Positions 16,486-26,069 of a stretch of DNA of 36,567 nucleotides are shown piece by piece. The stretch is from a virus. Its lineage: Duplodnaviria; Caudoviricetes. Where the stretch lies: the IMG/VR virus record IMGVR_UViG_3300033566_000019, positions 1 through 36,567 of that record. One strand, written 5' to 3'. The position numbers and the translations under genes are program-made. The notes beneath the pieces are model-generated. The model had not been told where the DNA came from. It was given only the letters and a program-made list of their open reading frames with translations, and ran no database searches. How positions within the stretch are numbered: position 1 is the first letter of the stretch; each line of letters opens with the position of its first letter.

Positions 16486-18257
16486 TTGCCGTGGAAGGTG
16501 AGGGACTTTGCGCTTCCGGTCGGCTTCGCGCCCGCTCCACGGTCGTAGCGCTCCGCGGCTCCGGTCCCGACGTACGGCGCCTTGATGTTCTTCTCGGCGG
16601 CGTCGAGCTGAGTCATGACGGACGTGAGCGCCCGGCGCCTGGCGGCCGGATCCGATGCGCTTCCAAGCTGCTTCTTCAGACGCCCCTCTTCGCTAGGCGA
16701 GATCGCGCCGCCGCTGAGTTGGTTCATGTTGAGGTTTGCGAACGCCTGAAGCGCCTGCTCGCGCGCGTTCGCCTTGTCGCTCATGATGCCGTTCGCCGCA
16801 GACTCGCCGACGAACGGAACGAGCGTGCCCACAAGAACGCGGGTCGCCGCCTCGCCCTTTCCGCCTTCGTCGTCCGCCATCGCAGCCAGTGCCGCCTGCG
16901 TGAGGGCGCGCATCTTCGGGATGCCGGCGGTCTGCATCTGGTGCGCGATGTCCTTGGCCCCCTCGACGCCATCTTTGCCCGCGCCCTCCATGGCCTTGAC
17001 GGCCATCTGTCCGCCGATGCCCAGCGTCTGCTCGTCGTACTTCTCCGCCGGCTTGACCTGGTGCTCCATGAACGCCGCCTGCGCGTCCTTCTCGCTGAAG
17101 GTGCCCGGCGCCATCTGGCCACGGATCATCATCTGGTAGCGCCCCGGTGCGCTCTGCGCCGGAATGAACTTGATACCCGCCGCGATGGTGCGCTCACGCT
17201 CCGCGAGGAGTCGCGCGCGTACGTCGTCGGCGTAGTTCGATGCGTCGGTGCCCTTCCACTGCGCCTGCATCTGTCCGAGCTTCGCAAGGCTGTAGTCGAT
17301 GTTCGCGGCGCGCGCGACACCTGCCGCGGCGTCCTCGCTGCCGAACTTCTCCAGCGCGAGGGCGTACGCGTTGTGGGCGTTCTTCGCCTTGTCCTGCTGG
17401 ACCATGTAGTCGAACTTCTGCGCCTCGACGTCGTTGTCCGCCTCCTTCATGAGGGCTTCGTACGCGAGGTTACGGCCGTTGCCGCGCGGATCCATGACGG
17501 TCAGGCCGCCGATGAAGCTGAGGAGGATGGCGCCGATCTTGTCCCCGGTGCCCTTCTTCTTCCACCAGCGGTCGTCGTCGATCTTCGCCTGACCGAGCTG
17601 CGTAACCTGGTTCTCGTAGTCCACCTGCCGCGCTTCGAGCTCGGCCTGTCGCTGAAGCTGCACCTTCTCGGCGGCTTCCTGGCGGGCCATCGCGCTGCGG
17701 GCCTGGTTCTCGTAGGCCGCCTCCTCGGCGGCTGCCTGCATGTTGCTGCGCAGGTCGATGTTGCCGGCGGCCTGCATCGGCGGATCGAACGACGCCATGA
17801 GGTGGGCGTCCTGCGTCGGCCCGCGCGCGGCGGCCTCGTGCGCGGGGATGCTGCCTCCGCCGAGGCCGCGGAACTGCACGTCGGGTACCGGGGCCTGCGG
17901 CTGCGGGGGTGCGGGCGTCGGAACCGCGTTCAGGTCGATGCCCTTCGGGGGCATGAGGGACGGATCCACCGGGGTCACCGTCTCGGGCGGCGGAACGGCA
18001 GCGGTCGCGCCCTGAAACTGCGAAAGCGTACCCTTCCAGCCAGGCTCCGGCGCGGGCGGGGCAGGCGGGGCGGGGGGCGCTTGCGTGGCATCGTGGAGCC
18101 CGTTGAGCGTGTTTAGCCACGCGATCGACGGCCCACTCTGGTGCGCCGGAGGCGGGGGAGGCGGAGGCATCGGCATCGCGGGCATGCCGGTCCCAGGCGG
18201 CGCGGTGAGCGCTGCGAACTGGGCCAGGAACTCGGGGGAGACGGTGCCGCCGCTCAC
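16482..18257 (-). CDS. internal virion (DNA ejection) protein 2 with Pro-rich N-terminus
   Basis: 591 aa, helical Gln/Ala-rich, with a hydrophobic segment IGAILLSFIGGL. Synteny. Confidence 0.7.
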   Translation of the reverse strand: MSGGTVSPEFLAQFAALTAPPGTGMPAMPMPPPPPPPAHQSGPSIAWLNTLNGLHDATQAPPAPPAPPAPEPGWKGTLSQFQGATAAVPPPETVTPVDPSLMPPKGIDLNAVPTPAPPQPQAPVPDVQFRGLGGGSIPAHEAAARGPTQDAHLMASFDPPMQAAGNIDLRSNMQAAAEEAAYENQARSAMARQEAAEKVQLQRQAELEARQVDYENQVTQLGQAKIDDDRWWKKKGTGDKIGAILLSFIGGLTVMDPRGNGRNLAYEALMKEADNDVEAQKFDYMVQQDKAKNAHNAYALALEKFGSEDAAAGVARAANIDYSLAKLGQMQAQWKGTDASNYADDVRARLLAERERTIAAGIKFIPAQSAPGRYQMMIRGQMAPGTFSEKDAQAAFMEHQVKPAEKYDEQTLGIGGQMAVKAMEGAGKDGVEGAKDIAHQMQTAGIPKMRALTQAALAAMADDEGGKGEAATRVLVGTLVPFVGESAANGIMSDKANAREQALQAFANLNMNQLSGGAISPSEEGRLKKQLGSASDPAARRRALTSVMTQLDAAEKNIKAPYVGTGAAERYDRGAGAKPTGSAKSLTFHGK

Positions 18258-20818
18258 TTCCTGCGCCCTCCCTTGGCGAGCATGAGGCGCGTTTCGTCTT
18301 GCTGTTCTTGCAGGTCGGCGATGGTGGAGGCCATGACCTTGATCATCTTGTGCGCGTCGACCTCGTCGAGGCCGGTCTCGGGGTTCTTCTTCACCGCCGT
18401 CGCCGCGATGGGCGACTTGCGGAGGTTCTGCGTCATGAACCCGTAGTTCATCTCGCCTGGCGCCTGCTCCTTCGGGCCTAGTCCCGGCTTGTACGCGTAG
18501 GGGTAGCCTTTCATGGTGCGCGCCGCCTGCGCCTCGGGTGACTGCTCAGGGGCGAGCTTCGATGCGGCCGCGCGCTCGTCCACCGCACTGCCCTTGCCGA
18601 GCGCTGCGCCGAAGCTGGCCATGATGCTGTCTGCGTCCTTCGATGCGGCGTCCTCGTAGGTGCGCTTCACCTGCCGCTGTTCGGCGGGCGTATCGCGGTG
18701 GAACTCGCGCCGGTCGTACGGCTTCGGGGCCTTGCTCTCGATGTACTCGTCTGCGTCGAAGTCCTGGGCGCCGGGATCGTTGTCGATGTCCACATCGTTG
18801 TCGAGGTCGACGACACGCTTGCTCGTGAAGTCGCTCGGGAAGCGGTCGCGCCCGAACTGCGCTTCGTTCAGTCCCTGGCTCGCCTGCGCGAACGCCGCGA
18901 GGAACGAGGGCTTCCCCGCGCCGACCTTCGCGCTCGGGGTAGTCTCGCCGTTCTCGCGCGCTTCCTGGTCGGCCTTCGCGATGGCCGCGCGGTCGGGTGC
19001 TGCGGCGGCCTCCTGGCGTCGTGCGGCGTCGTCCCTTGCGATCTCCTCGCGCGACGGCGCCATCTCCTGGCGCGTGCGGTCGAAGATGGCTTTGTTCTCG
19101 GCGTCGCCCTGCTGCATCTTCGCGATGCGCGCGTCCTGGTCGGCGACGTCGCCGAAGTCGGGGCCGTCGTTGCGCTGCATCGCTGCATCCAGCGACTGCG
19201 CCGGATCGCGCGACGGATCCGCCCAGCCTTGGCCGGGGACGTAGACCATGCGCGGGGCGCTGGCGTCGCCGGGGGCGGCGTTTCCGAAGGCGTCGCGCGT
19301 GAGTCCGACGTTCTTCGCGGTGAAGTCCGAGGGGAAGCGCTGAAGCAGCGAAGCAAACATGCTCGGAGCCGGCGCGGCCGGTGGCGGGGGCGGGGGCACA
19401 GCCTTCTCCGTCGGCGGCGGCGGACGAAACTCGGGCGGCGAAGCGCCCGCCTTCTTGGCGGCGAGGCGATCTCGATCCCACTGCTTGTCGTAGTTGACGT
19501 TCTTGTCCCACTGCGTCTCGGGGGAGCGCCCGTCCTGCACGCGCGGATCTCCGAGATTGCGGTCTTCCTTGTCGCGATCGCGACCGGCAGTGGGCTTCCA
19601 GTCGGGCTTGGCCATCATCGCCTGTTGCTCGGCCTTCGCCTGTCCCATCTCCATGCCGAGCTTAAACGCGTCGTCCTTTGCGCGCGCGTCCGAGAGCATC
19701 ATGCCGCTGCCGCTGGTGCCCATGACGCCGCCGGCCATGCCGCCCGTGGGATCCGATGCGTACTTGGTGCCGAAGTCGGAGTGAGCCTTGAGCGACCCCA
19801 TGACGTCCATGCCGCCGTCGGGCGTCAGCTTGTCGAAGCTCGCCTCCGCAGGGCCGCTCATCGGGTTCGTGCCGCCGCCGCCCCACGTCAAGCTCGTCAT
19901 GCCTCCGCCACCCATCGCGCCGGGGAGAGGAGTCTTCGCCATGAAGTCGGACGAGAACGAGTCGCGAGGTAGGATCATCTTCGCGTTCGCGTCGCTGAAG
20001 AAGTCGCCCACGGTCTCGATGAGGCCCTTGCTCTGCGCGTCGCTCTGCGCGGTCTTCGCGTTCGTCGCTTGCGCGTTCGCGTGAGACTGCGCCGCGATGC
20101 CCTGCATCTGGACGTTGCCCTGCTGCTCCTGACCGATGGCCTGGTGACCCATCTGGGCGTAGCCCATTGCGCGATTGTCGTTCGCGTTGCGGTTGGCCTG
20201 CTCCATGCCCGCCTGGAACTGCGCCTGGTTCGCCGCCTGCGCCTGGCTCTGGTAGTCCTGCCCGCGCATGCCCGAGGCTGCGCCGAACGCCGCTTGTTCT
20301 GCGTTGAGCCGCTCGTTCGCCGCATTCTGCTGGGCCTGGTTCGAGATGGCGCCGTGCGCGTTCGCGGTGTTGTTCGCGGCCGTCTGCTGCGCGAGCGCGA
20401 GCGCTCCAGGTCCGCGCGCCGACGACTGAAGCGCCGCCTGCTGCGCCGCGGCCTGACCCATCTGCCGGTCGGCCTGCATCTGCGCGATGCTCGGGGTGGT
20501 GCCTGCCGCGCGCGCCATGAGTTGGTTCTGCACGGTGGCCTGGTTGGCGCGGGCCTCGGGGGGGCGGCGGCGTTCCTAGTCCGCTGGCTGGTAGTTCGCC
20601 GGGAACTCGGCCCGGCCGTCAATGGCCTTCGCCTGTGCCTCGCGCTGACCGGCGTACGCGCCAGCGCCCTGCGCGCCGAACTGCGCCGCGTTCGGGTCGT
20701 ACATCTGCGAATGCGAGATGTCCTGCGCGTTGTAGCCCGACTGCCCGCGCCCGAAGAGTGCCGGGATGAGTGCCGCCGCTCCGCCTGCGCCCGCCGCGAT
20801 TTCCGATCCGCTCGCCAT
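18254..20818 (-). CDS. internal virion protein 1 with multiple SDxxxK motifs and C-terminal peptidase S74-like domain; interrupted by in-frame TAG at 20576-20578
   Basis: ORFs 20576..20818 and 18254..20533 are in the same frame with one stop between them. Gln/Ala-rich N-terminus. C-terminal YAYK...YGFMTQNL...P....V...ADLQEQ. Confidence 0.7.
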
Positions 20819-20819
20819 C

Positions 20820-23800
20820 TCACGTACCTCCGCGCAGAATGCTGCTCGTTCGCTTCACACCACTCTTCGGCTCGCCCGAGAACGTCAGGGCCACCCATAG
20901 CGCCGCGTCTCCCGTGGCGTCGTCGCTCGCGGCGCCCGTCGGGACGGCGTCCTCGATCTCCACCATGACGGCCTGCCCGGTCGACTGAAGAATGTCCTTG
21001 TCGACGTTGTAGATGGGCATCGCTGCGAGCGCGTCGGAGTCGAACGTCTGCGGGACAAATGTGCCGTCGTCGTAGTCGTTCGCGATGCCGATCTCGAGAT
21101 CGTGATCTTCGACGTGCTCGCCGAGGAGCAGCACGCGGTCGATGACCTGCTCGCCCTGGATGCCCGCCGTGTGAATCCAGCCCGTGCGGCCATACATGCG
21201 TACGCGCGCGTCGTTGGGGTCGAACTTGCTGTCACTTGTCTCGACGTAGACGCGGCCTTCGGTGCCGAGCCAGGCGTATCGGTACGCGCTGCCGTCCCAC
21301 ACGATCGCCCCGTCCTGTGCGGGCGAGTCGGCGGTGCCGGCGTTGTTCTTGCGGCGATCGATGCTGCGCCACACGCGCGCGCGCACGTCGTAGACCAGCG
21401 TGCGGCCCGTGCCCGATGCGAGGCCGGCCGAGAACGTCGAGGCGCACTCGATGAGCACGCACGACGAGATCGGATCGTACGTCATGGCCGTCACACGCGG
21501 GAACGCCGCGAACGTGTCCTGGACCTTCTCGCCGATGTATTCGACCGTCCGGCCGCGCGTCAGAAGCTCGATGCCGCGGTCCGAGACGAAGAAGATGCCC
21601 ATCTCCGTCACGCACGTGAACGGCAGCGAGGCGCCAACGCTGACCGCCAGGCGCTGAGGCGATCCGAGTCCGCCGTCCTGGCCGTTGTCCGCCGGGGGCT
21701 GGCCCGCGAGCGCGTAGATGCGATCCCGCTTGAAGGCGTAGAGCGTTCCGTCCTGGCATTCGAGCGCGGTGATCTCGCCGCCGCCGCTCACCGGGGCCTG
21801 AAAGGCCGGGCTCCACCACGTACCCTCGCCGCTGACGTCCTGGCCGGACCAGAAGATGTCTTCGCCCTGCGCGCCGACGAGCATGCCGTTGTAGCTCACG
21901 AGATGCGTGAGCCCGCACGGTGCACGCTTGTCCTGCTGCGCTCCGGTACCGGGAAGGTTGCCGGTGCTCATGAGGAGGGCGGACGTGCCCGAAGGCTCGG
22001 CGGTGATGTTGTAGGTGAACGATGCCGCCGTGAGCGTGTTGGTGACGCTGCCGACGTAGTAGTAGGGCGCCTCGCCGCCATCCTTCGTCGCGTAGACGCT
22101 GATGCGAACGCTCGGATCCGTTGCCGCCGAGATGCGCGCCGAGATGCCGAGGGGCCGGTACGTCACGGCGAGATTGATCTTGTTCGTGAACGCGCCCGAA
22201 CTCGCGCTCGGCGTGGACACGCCGCTGATGTGCCAGTTACCGGCGCTATCCACCTGCTCGTAGACGAGCGCGACGCGCATGCCGACGGCGACGGTGAACG
22301 AGCCCGCCCCGTTGGTGCCGACAGTGGGCTGCGGCGGCCGAATGAGGAAGGCGCTCTCGGCGACGCGGACGCCTTCGAAGTAGGACGTGAGCCCGCCCGA
22401 AAGGAACGTGACGCCGTTGTGCTGGACCGGGCGCCACCGTGCTGCGGCATCGAAGTCGAATCGCGCCATCTGCACACCGACGACGTTGCCGGCGGTCTGA
22501 ATGCCGATGGGCGCCCAGAACTCGCGCGACGTGTGAGCCGGTGCTTGGCAGGTGAAGAAGCTCGACGCGACACCGGGGGCGACATTCGCGACAGGGCGCA
22601 CCCATGCGTTGGTCTCGGTGAGATCGCAAAGGATGGCCGTCTTGTCCGACGTCTCGACCCCGCGACAGACGCCGTAGTAGCGCGTACCGATGCGGAACGG
22701 CCGCCCGCTCGTCTGCACGCAGAAGTGGGTCGCCGTGCTGCCGCTCGCGCTGACCGCGCCCGCGCTCGTGGTGAAGTTTCGCGTATAGATCCGGTCGGCA
22801 GCCCCGTTGTTGACGAAGAGTCGCCCCGCGCCTGCGGTGCTGGATGCGACGAGCGCGATACCGGTGAAGCTCGGAGCGTTCGCGGCCGTGATGACCGTCG
22901 CCGTCGTCGCCAGCGTGGTCGCGAGGTTCGTCGTCGAGAGCCCGATGACCTTGACGGCCGTGCTCTCGTTCCATGCCACCCAGAGCGTGTCGCTGGCCGC
23001 GCCGCCGAGGGCGAGGTCACCGGGGGTAGCGCTGCTCGTGTTGATGGTCGTTGTGCCACCCGCGCCGCCGTCGAACATCTCCAAGGACACCTGCGACGCG
23101 CCGCCCGAGCTGTTGACGTACGCGACGTAGACGCGCGTTCCGATGGAGTGAACGGCCAGCGCAAGGCCGCCGTTGTCGGACGCAAAGCTCGTCTGCGCCG
23201 ACCATCCCGCGTAGGCCGCGGTGCCGGTCGAGCAGTCGCATTCGCTGTAGCGCACGTCGGTCTCGCCCGAGCAGACGATGAAGATCATCGCCGTCGTCCC
23301 GCGCGCTCCGAGCAGGCCGTAGATTTCGGCGACGCTGCCCGTATAGATGAGTGTCGGCGCGACGATGACCTGGCCAGTCTCCGCCTCGACGACGCTGGCG
23401 TATACGCTCGTTCCTGCGGTGTAGGCGAGCGCGAGGTAATCGCCCACGCGAACAGCGTCCGTACACGTCAGCGAACCCGTCACGCCGGGCGTCGGGACCT
23501 TCATCATGCTCAGGCCGCACTCGGGGATGCGCCCGCGGCTGATCTGATCTTCGTTGTCCGGGCTGAAGACGTCGATGAGGTCGCGGTCGATGATGCACGT
23601 CTTCTTGCCGTCCGCGAACAGCCGATAGCCCGCGCCGCGGCTCGTCGCATCCACGCGAGTGAGGCCCGTGAGGTTCTCGAAGCCGTCACGCTTGCCCACC
23701 GCGCCGATGCTGGGCGCGCGGACGTTCTCGAGCGCGACGAACGCGGCGCGCGCGTCCATGAGCTCCGGTCGCTGAGACTGGTCGATGCCGCCCGCGAAGG

Positions 23801-23828
23801 ACAGCTCGACGATGGGCTCTTTCGCCAT
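20820..23828 (-). CDS. tail nozzle / stabilization protein (P22 gp10 / T7 gp12-like, beta-propeller)
   Basis: 1002 aa. N-terminal F.GGID...LENV...G...KRDG and later IFWS, ITAL, LYAFK, IFFVSDRGI, IGEKV motifs. Follows the adaptor. Confidence 0.75.
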   Translation of the reverse strand: MAKEPIVELSFAGGIDQSQRPELMDARAAFVALENVRAPSIGAVGKRDGFENLTGLTRVDATSRGAGYRLFADGKKTCIIDRDLIDVFSPDNEDQISRGRIPECGLSMMKVPTPGVTGSLTCTDAVRVGDYLALAYTAGTSVYASVVEAETGQVIVAPTLIYTGSVAEIYGLLGARGTTAMIFIVCSGETDVRYSECDCSTGTAAYAGWSAQTSFASDNGGLALAVHSIGTRVYVAYVNSSGGASQVSLEMFDGGAGGTTTINTSSATPGDLALGGAASDTLWVAWNESTAVKVIGLSTTNLATTLATTATVITAANAPSFTGIALVASSTAGAGRLFVNNGAADRIYTRNFTTSAGAVSASGSTATHFCVQTSGRPFRIGTRYYGVCRGVETSDKTAILCDLTETNAWVRPVANVAPGVASSFFTCQAPAHTSREFWAPIGIQTAGNVVGVQMARFDFDAAARWRPVQHNGVTFLSGGLTSYFEGVRVAESAFLIRPPQPTVGTNGAGSFTVAVGMRVALVYEQVDSAGNWHISGVSTPSASSGAFTNKINLAVTYRPLGISARISAATDPSVRISVYATKDGGEAPYYYVGSVTNTLTAASFTYNITAEPSGTSALLMSTGNLPGTGAQQDKRAPCGLTHLVSYNGMLVGAQGEDIFWSGQDVSGEGTWWSPAFQAPVSGGGEITALECQDGTLYAFKRDRIYALAGQPPADNGQDGGLGSPQRLAVSVGASLPFTCVTEMGIFFVSDRGIELLTRGRTVEYIGEKVQDTFAAFPRVTAMTYDPISSCVLIECASTFSAGLASGTGRTLVYDVRARVWRSIDRRKNNAGTADSPAQDGAIVWDGSAYRYAWLGTEGRVYVETSDSKFDPNDARVRMYGRTGWIHTAGIQGEQVIDRVLLLGEHVEDHDLEIGIANDYDDGTFVPQTFDSDALAAMPIYNVDKDILQSTGQAVMVEIEDAVPTGAASDDATGDAALWVALTFSGEPKSGVKRTSSILRGGT

Positions 23829-24214
23829 CAGCCGGACGCCTCGATGCGGACAGAAACGACGCCGCTATTTCCGACGTCGAGAACGAGCGTACGCAGGTCC
23901 GTGGCGGTCGACTTCTCGAAGAGCGGCACATCCCCCGGCGTGGTGGGCACCCAGTCGACGACCCACCAGCGAACGCGTGCCCGGAAGCCATGGGGCAGCC
24001 GCAGCGCGTCGCCGCTCGTGACAGCGCGGTCCTCGAAGTCCACGCGGCGCGGAAAGAACCTGCGCTTGATGCTCGCGACGTCCTTCAGGAGGCGCATGAG
24101 CAGGCGCGCGAGCTTGTCGGCGTCCTTGACGTCCTCTTCGGTGACGCGCTCGTCCGGTTCGGACGGGCGGTCCAGCGAGAAGACGTTCCCCGCCTTGTCG
24201 ACGCGGGAGGCCAT
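23828..24214 (-). CDS. small tail-associated protein
   Basis: Between adaptor and nozzle, LPHGFR motif, TGATG coupling. Confidence 0.7.
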   Translation of the reverse strand: MASRVDKAGNVFSLDRPSEPDERVTEEDVKDADKLARLLMRLLKDVASIKRRFFPRRVDFEDRAVTSGDALRLPHGFRARVRWWVVDWVPTTPGDVPLFEKSTATDLRTLVLDVGNSGVVSVRIEASG

Positions 24215-24904
24215 CTAGCGATACCTCCGCCGGCCGTAACTGTCCGCAAGGCGCACATCGACGACGCGAGCGGGGCCAGACAGGTCGCGGCTCCTGGCCA
24301 AGATCTGAATGTCCGCCTCCATGGCGGCAATCTTCGCGGTGAGCCGGTCGTGGCGCTCCCAGTCGGCGCGGTCCATTGCGATCTCACGCGCCGCCCACCA
24401 GATGACGTAGTCATCGAGACGGTCGTAGACGTCGACCGTCTGCGCATCGCTCGTGAGTTGGTTGGCCGTGGTCGCGTACCAGACGAGTGCCTCGTGGTCC
24501 TCGTCGGCGAGCGGGAGCAGTTCGATGTTGCTCCCGATGACGCGGTAGTTCGTCGCGCGCGTGGCGTTGACCGTCAGCGTCGAGTCGACCATCGCGGGTC
24601 GCTCGTGCATCTCGAAGCCGTCGAGCCACACGGACTCGCCGTCCACGGTGTACATGACCGAGATGACGCTGCGGCAGTTCGACGGCAGCGCGAACTCGGT
24701 CGCCGCGCCATCCGTCGTGATGGTCGTCGAGGCGATGGGCCGGAACTCGGGGTCTACGATCGCAGTGACGCGTTGTAGAGCCCCGAGCCCTCGGTTGATG
24801 AGGTCATTGACCGATGCCTCGGTGTGCCGCGCGGTGAACGCAACGACGTCCGCGGTCCGCTGGACCGAGTCACGAAGCTGGGCCAGCGTGCGGGTAAGCG
24901 CCAT
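24215..24904 (-). CDS. head-tail adaptor (tail tubular protein A-like)
   Basis: TLAQLR...LINRG...EFALPSN...IELLP..., typical adaptor pattern. Synteny. Confidence 0.75.
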   Translation of the reverse strand: MALTRTLAQLRDSVQRTADVVAFTARHTEASVNDLINRGLGALQRVTAIVDPEFRPIASTTITTDGAATEFALPSNCRSVISVMYTVDGESVWLDGFEMHERPAMVDSTLTVNATRATNYRVIGSNIELLPLADEDHEALVWYATTANQLTSDAQTVDVYDRLDDYVIWWAAREIAMDRADWERHDRLTAKIAAMEADIQILARSRDLSGPARVVDVRLADSYGRRRYR

Positions 24905-24907
24905 CGA

Positions 24908-25135
24908 TCAGAGTCCCTCGGTGTCGTCGTCCTCGTAGCTGTCGTCGGCGCCCTTGCAGGCGCTCACCGCGGCTTTGAAGGCCGCGATGAACCCTTCACG
25001 GTCGCCGCTCTTGAAGGCGTCGAAGGCCTCGCCTGCGAGGTCATCCCCCGCAGACGAAGTCCCCTCGGCCTCATCGTCCTCTTCCTCCTCCTTCGGCCCC
25101 TTCGGACCGGCGAGGATCATGAGGCCGCCCTTCAC
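24908..25135 (-). CDS. small acidic hypothetical protein (start GTG 25135 or ATG 25120)
   Basis: GTGA coupling, Glu/Asp-rich. Confidence 0.65.
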   Translation of the reverse strand: MKGGLMILAGPKGPKEEEEDDEAEGTSSAGDDLAGEAFDAFKSGDREGFIAAFKAAVSACKGADDSYEDDDTEGL

Positions 25136-25557
25136 GGCGTGGTCACCGTGATGTCGTCGTCGTCGTTCACCGAATCGAGCGAGACCTCGAACTCCAGGAC
25201 CAGCTTGTCGCCGGACGCAGGATCCGTGGCCGTGCCCGCTTCGGTGCGCGTCTCGATGACGAGCGTTCCGCCGCCCGAGGCCGACGCCGTGGCGATGCTG
25301 TTCGTGAGGATGACCGGGAAGTACACGGCACCCGCCGCGCACGACAGCCAGCCCCACGAAAAGTTCGTCAGGCGACGGTACGTCCGGGGGAACGTGACCG
25401 TCATCTTGCCCGTCGCAGTGTCCTCGACCGCCAAGTAGCGACCCTCGGCGCTCGCGATGGCCGACGACCCGTAGGTCACGGTCAGCTTGAACTTCTCGGG
25501 GCTCTTGATGTTGGACTTGTCCTGCGACGGGTACAGGTCCGGCTGGTAGGCGCCCAC
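25132..25557 (-). CDS. virion structural protein (head decoration candidate)
   Basis: GTG start at 25557 after AGGAG, beta-rich, follows the capsid genes. Confidence 0.65.
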   Translation of the reverse strand: MGAYQPDLYPSQDKSNIKSPEKFKLTVTYGSSAIASAEGRYLAVEDTATGKMTVTFPRTYRRLTNFSWGWLSCAAGAVYFPVILTNSIATASASGGGTLVIETRTEAGTATDPASGDKLVLEFEVSLDSVNDDDDITVTTP

Positions 25558-25558
25558 G

Positions 25559-26056
25559 TCAGATCTCCTCGAGATCGACCGTGAACGAGACGCCCGGGTA
25601 GGCGACGTTCCAGCCAGTGCCTTGCGGCGCCATCGCAACGTGCACCTTCGTGCCCGCCGTGAGGATGCTGTCGGCGTTCGTCACGACCGTCACCGAGCCG
25701 GTGACGTTCGCGGCGATCGTGCTCTGCGCACTCGTGTGGGTGTTCCACGAGCCGAGGGTCACGCCCGCGTCGCCGTTGGAAAGGCGCGACGTGAAGGTGA
25801 AGACCTCGTAGTTCGTGGCGTTGCCGGTGATGGCCGCGATCGAGTCGATCTTGATCGCCTTGATTCGCGACTTCCTCACCGAGGTGGCGAGCTGCTGCGT
25901 GAACGCCGCTGCATCGTTGGCCGCGTAGGCGCGGGTCGCGACGAAACTGCGCTTGTGCATGTCCGCGACGGCACCCTTCGCGTCCGAGATGCCGGCCGCG
26001 GTGAGGAACGTGCCAGTCTGCTGGTCCTTGACCTTCTTACGATCCGTATCGGGCAT
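25559..26056 (-). CDS. capsid cement/decoration protein candidate
   Basis: Immediately downstream of the MCP, AAGGAG RBS, Thr/Ala beta-rich. Confidence 0.7.
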   Translation of the reverse strand: MPDTDRKKVKDQQTGTFLTAAGISDAKGAVADMHKRSFVATRAYAANDAAAFTQQLATSVRKSRIKAIKIDSIAAITGNATNYEVFTFTSRLSNGDAGVTLGSWNTHTSAQSTIAANVTGSVTVVTNADSILTAGTKVHVAMAPQGTGWNVAYPGVSFTVDLEEI

Positions 26057-26069
26057 GACTTGGCTCCTT

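Noticed and set aside
21102-24218. 1038-aa plus-strand ORF and other long antisense ORFs (e.g. 16422..18116, 25953..27551, 28323..30557, 32442..33677)
   Set aside because: Shadow frames of high-GC minus-strand genes. Arg/Ala/Val-rich without motifs, and opposite well-supported structural genes.
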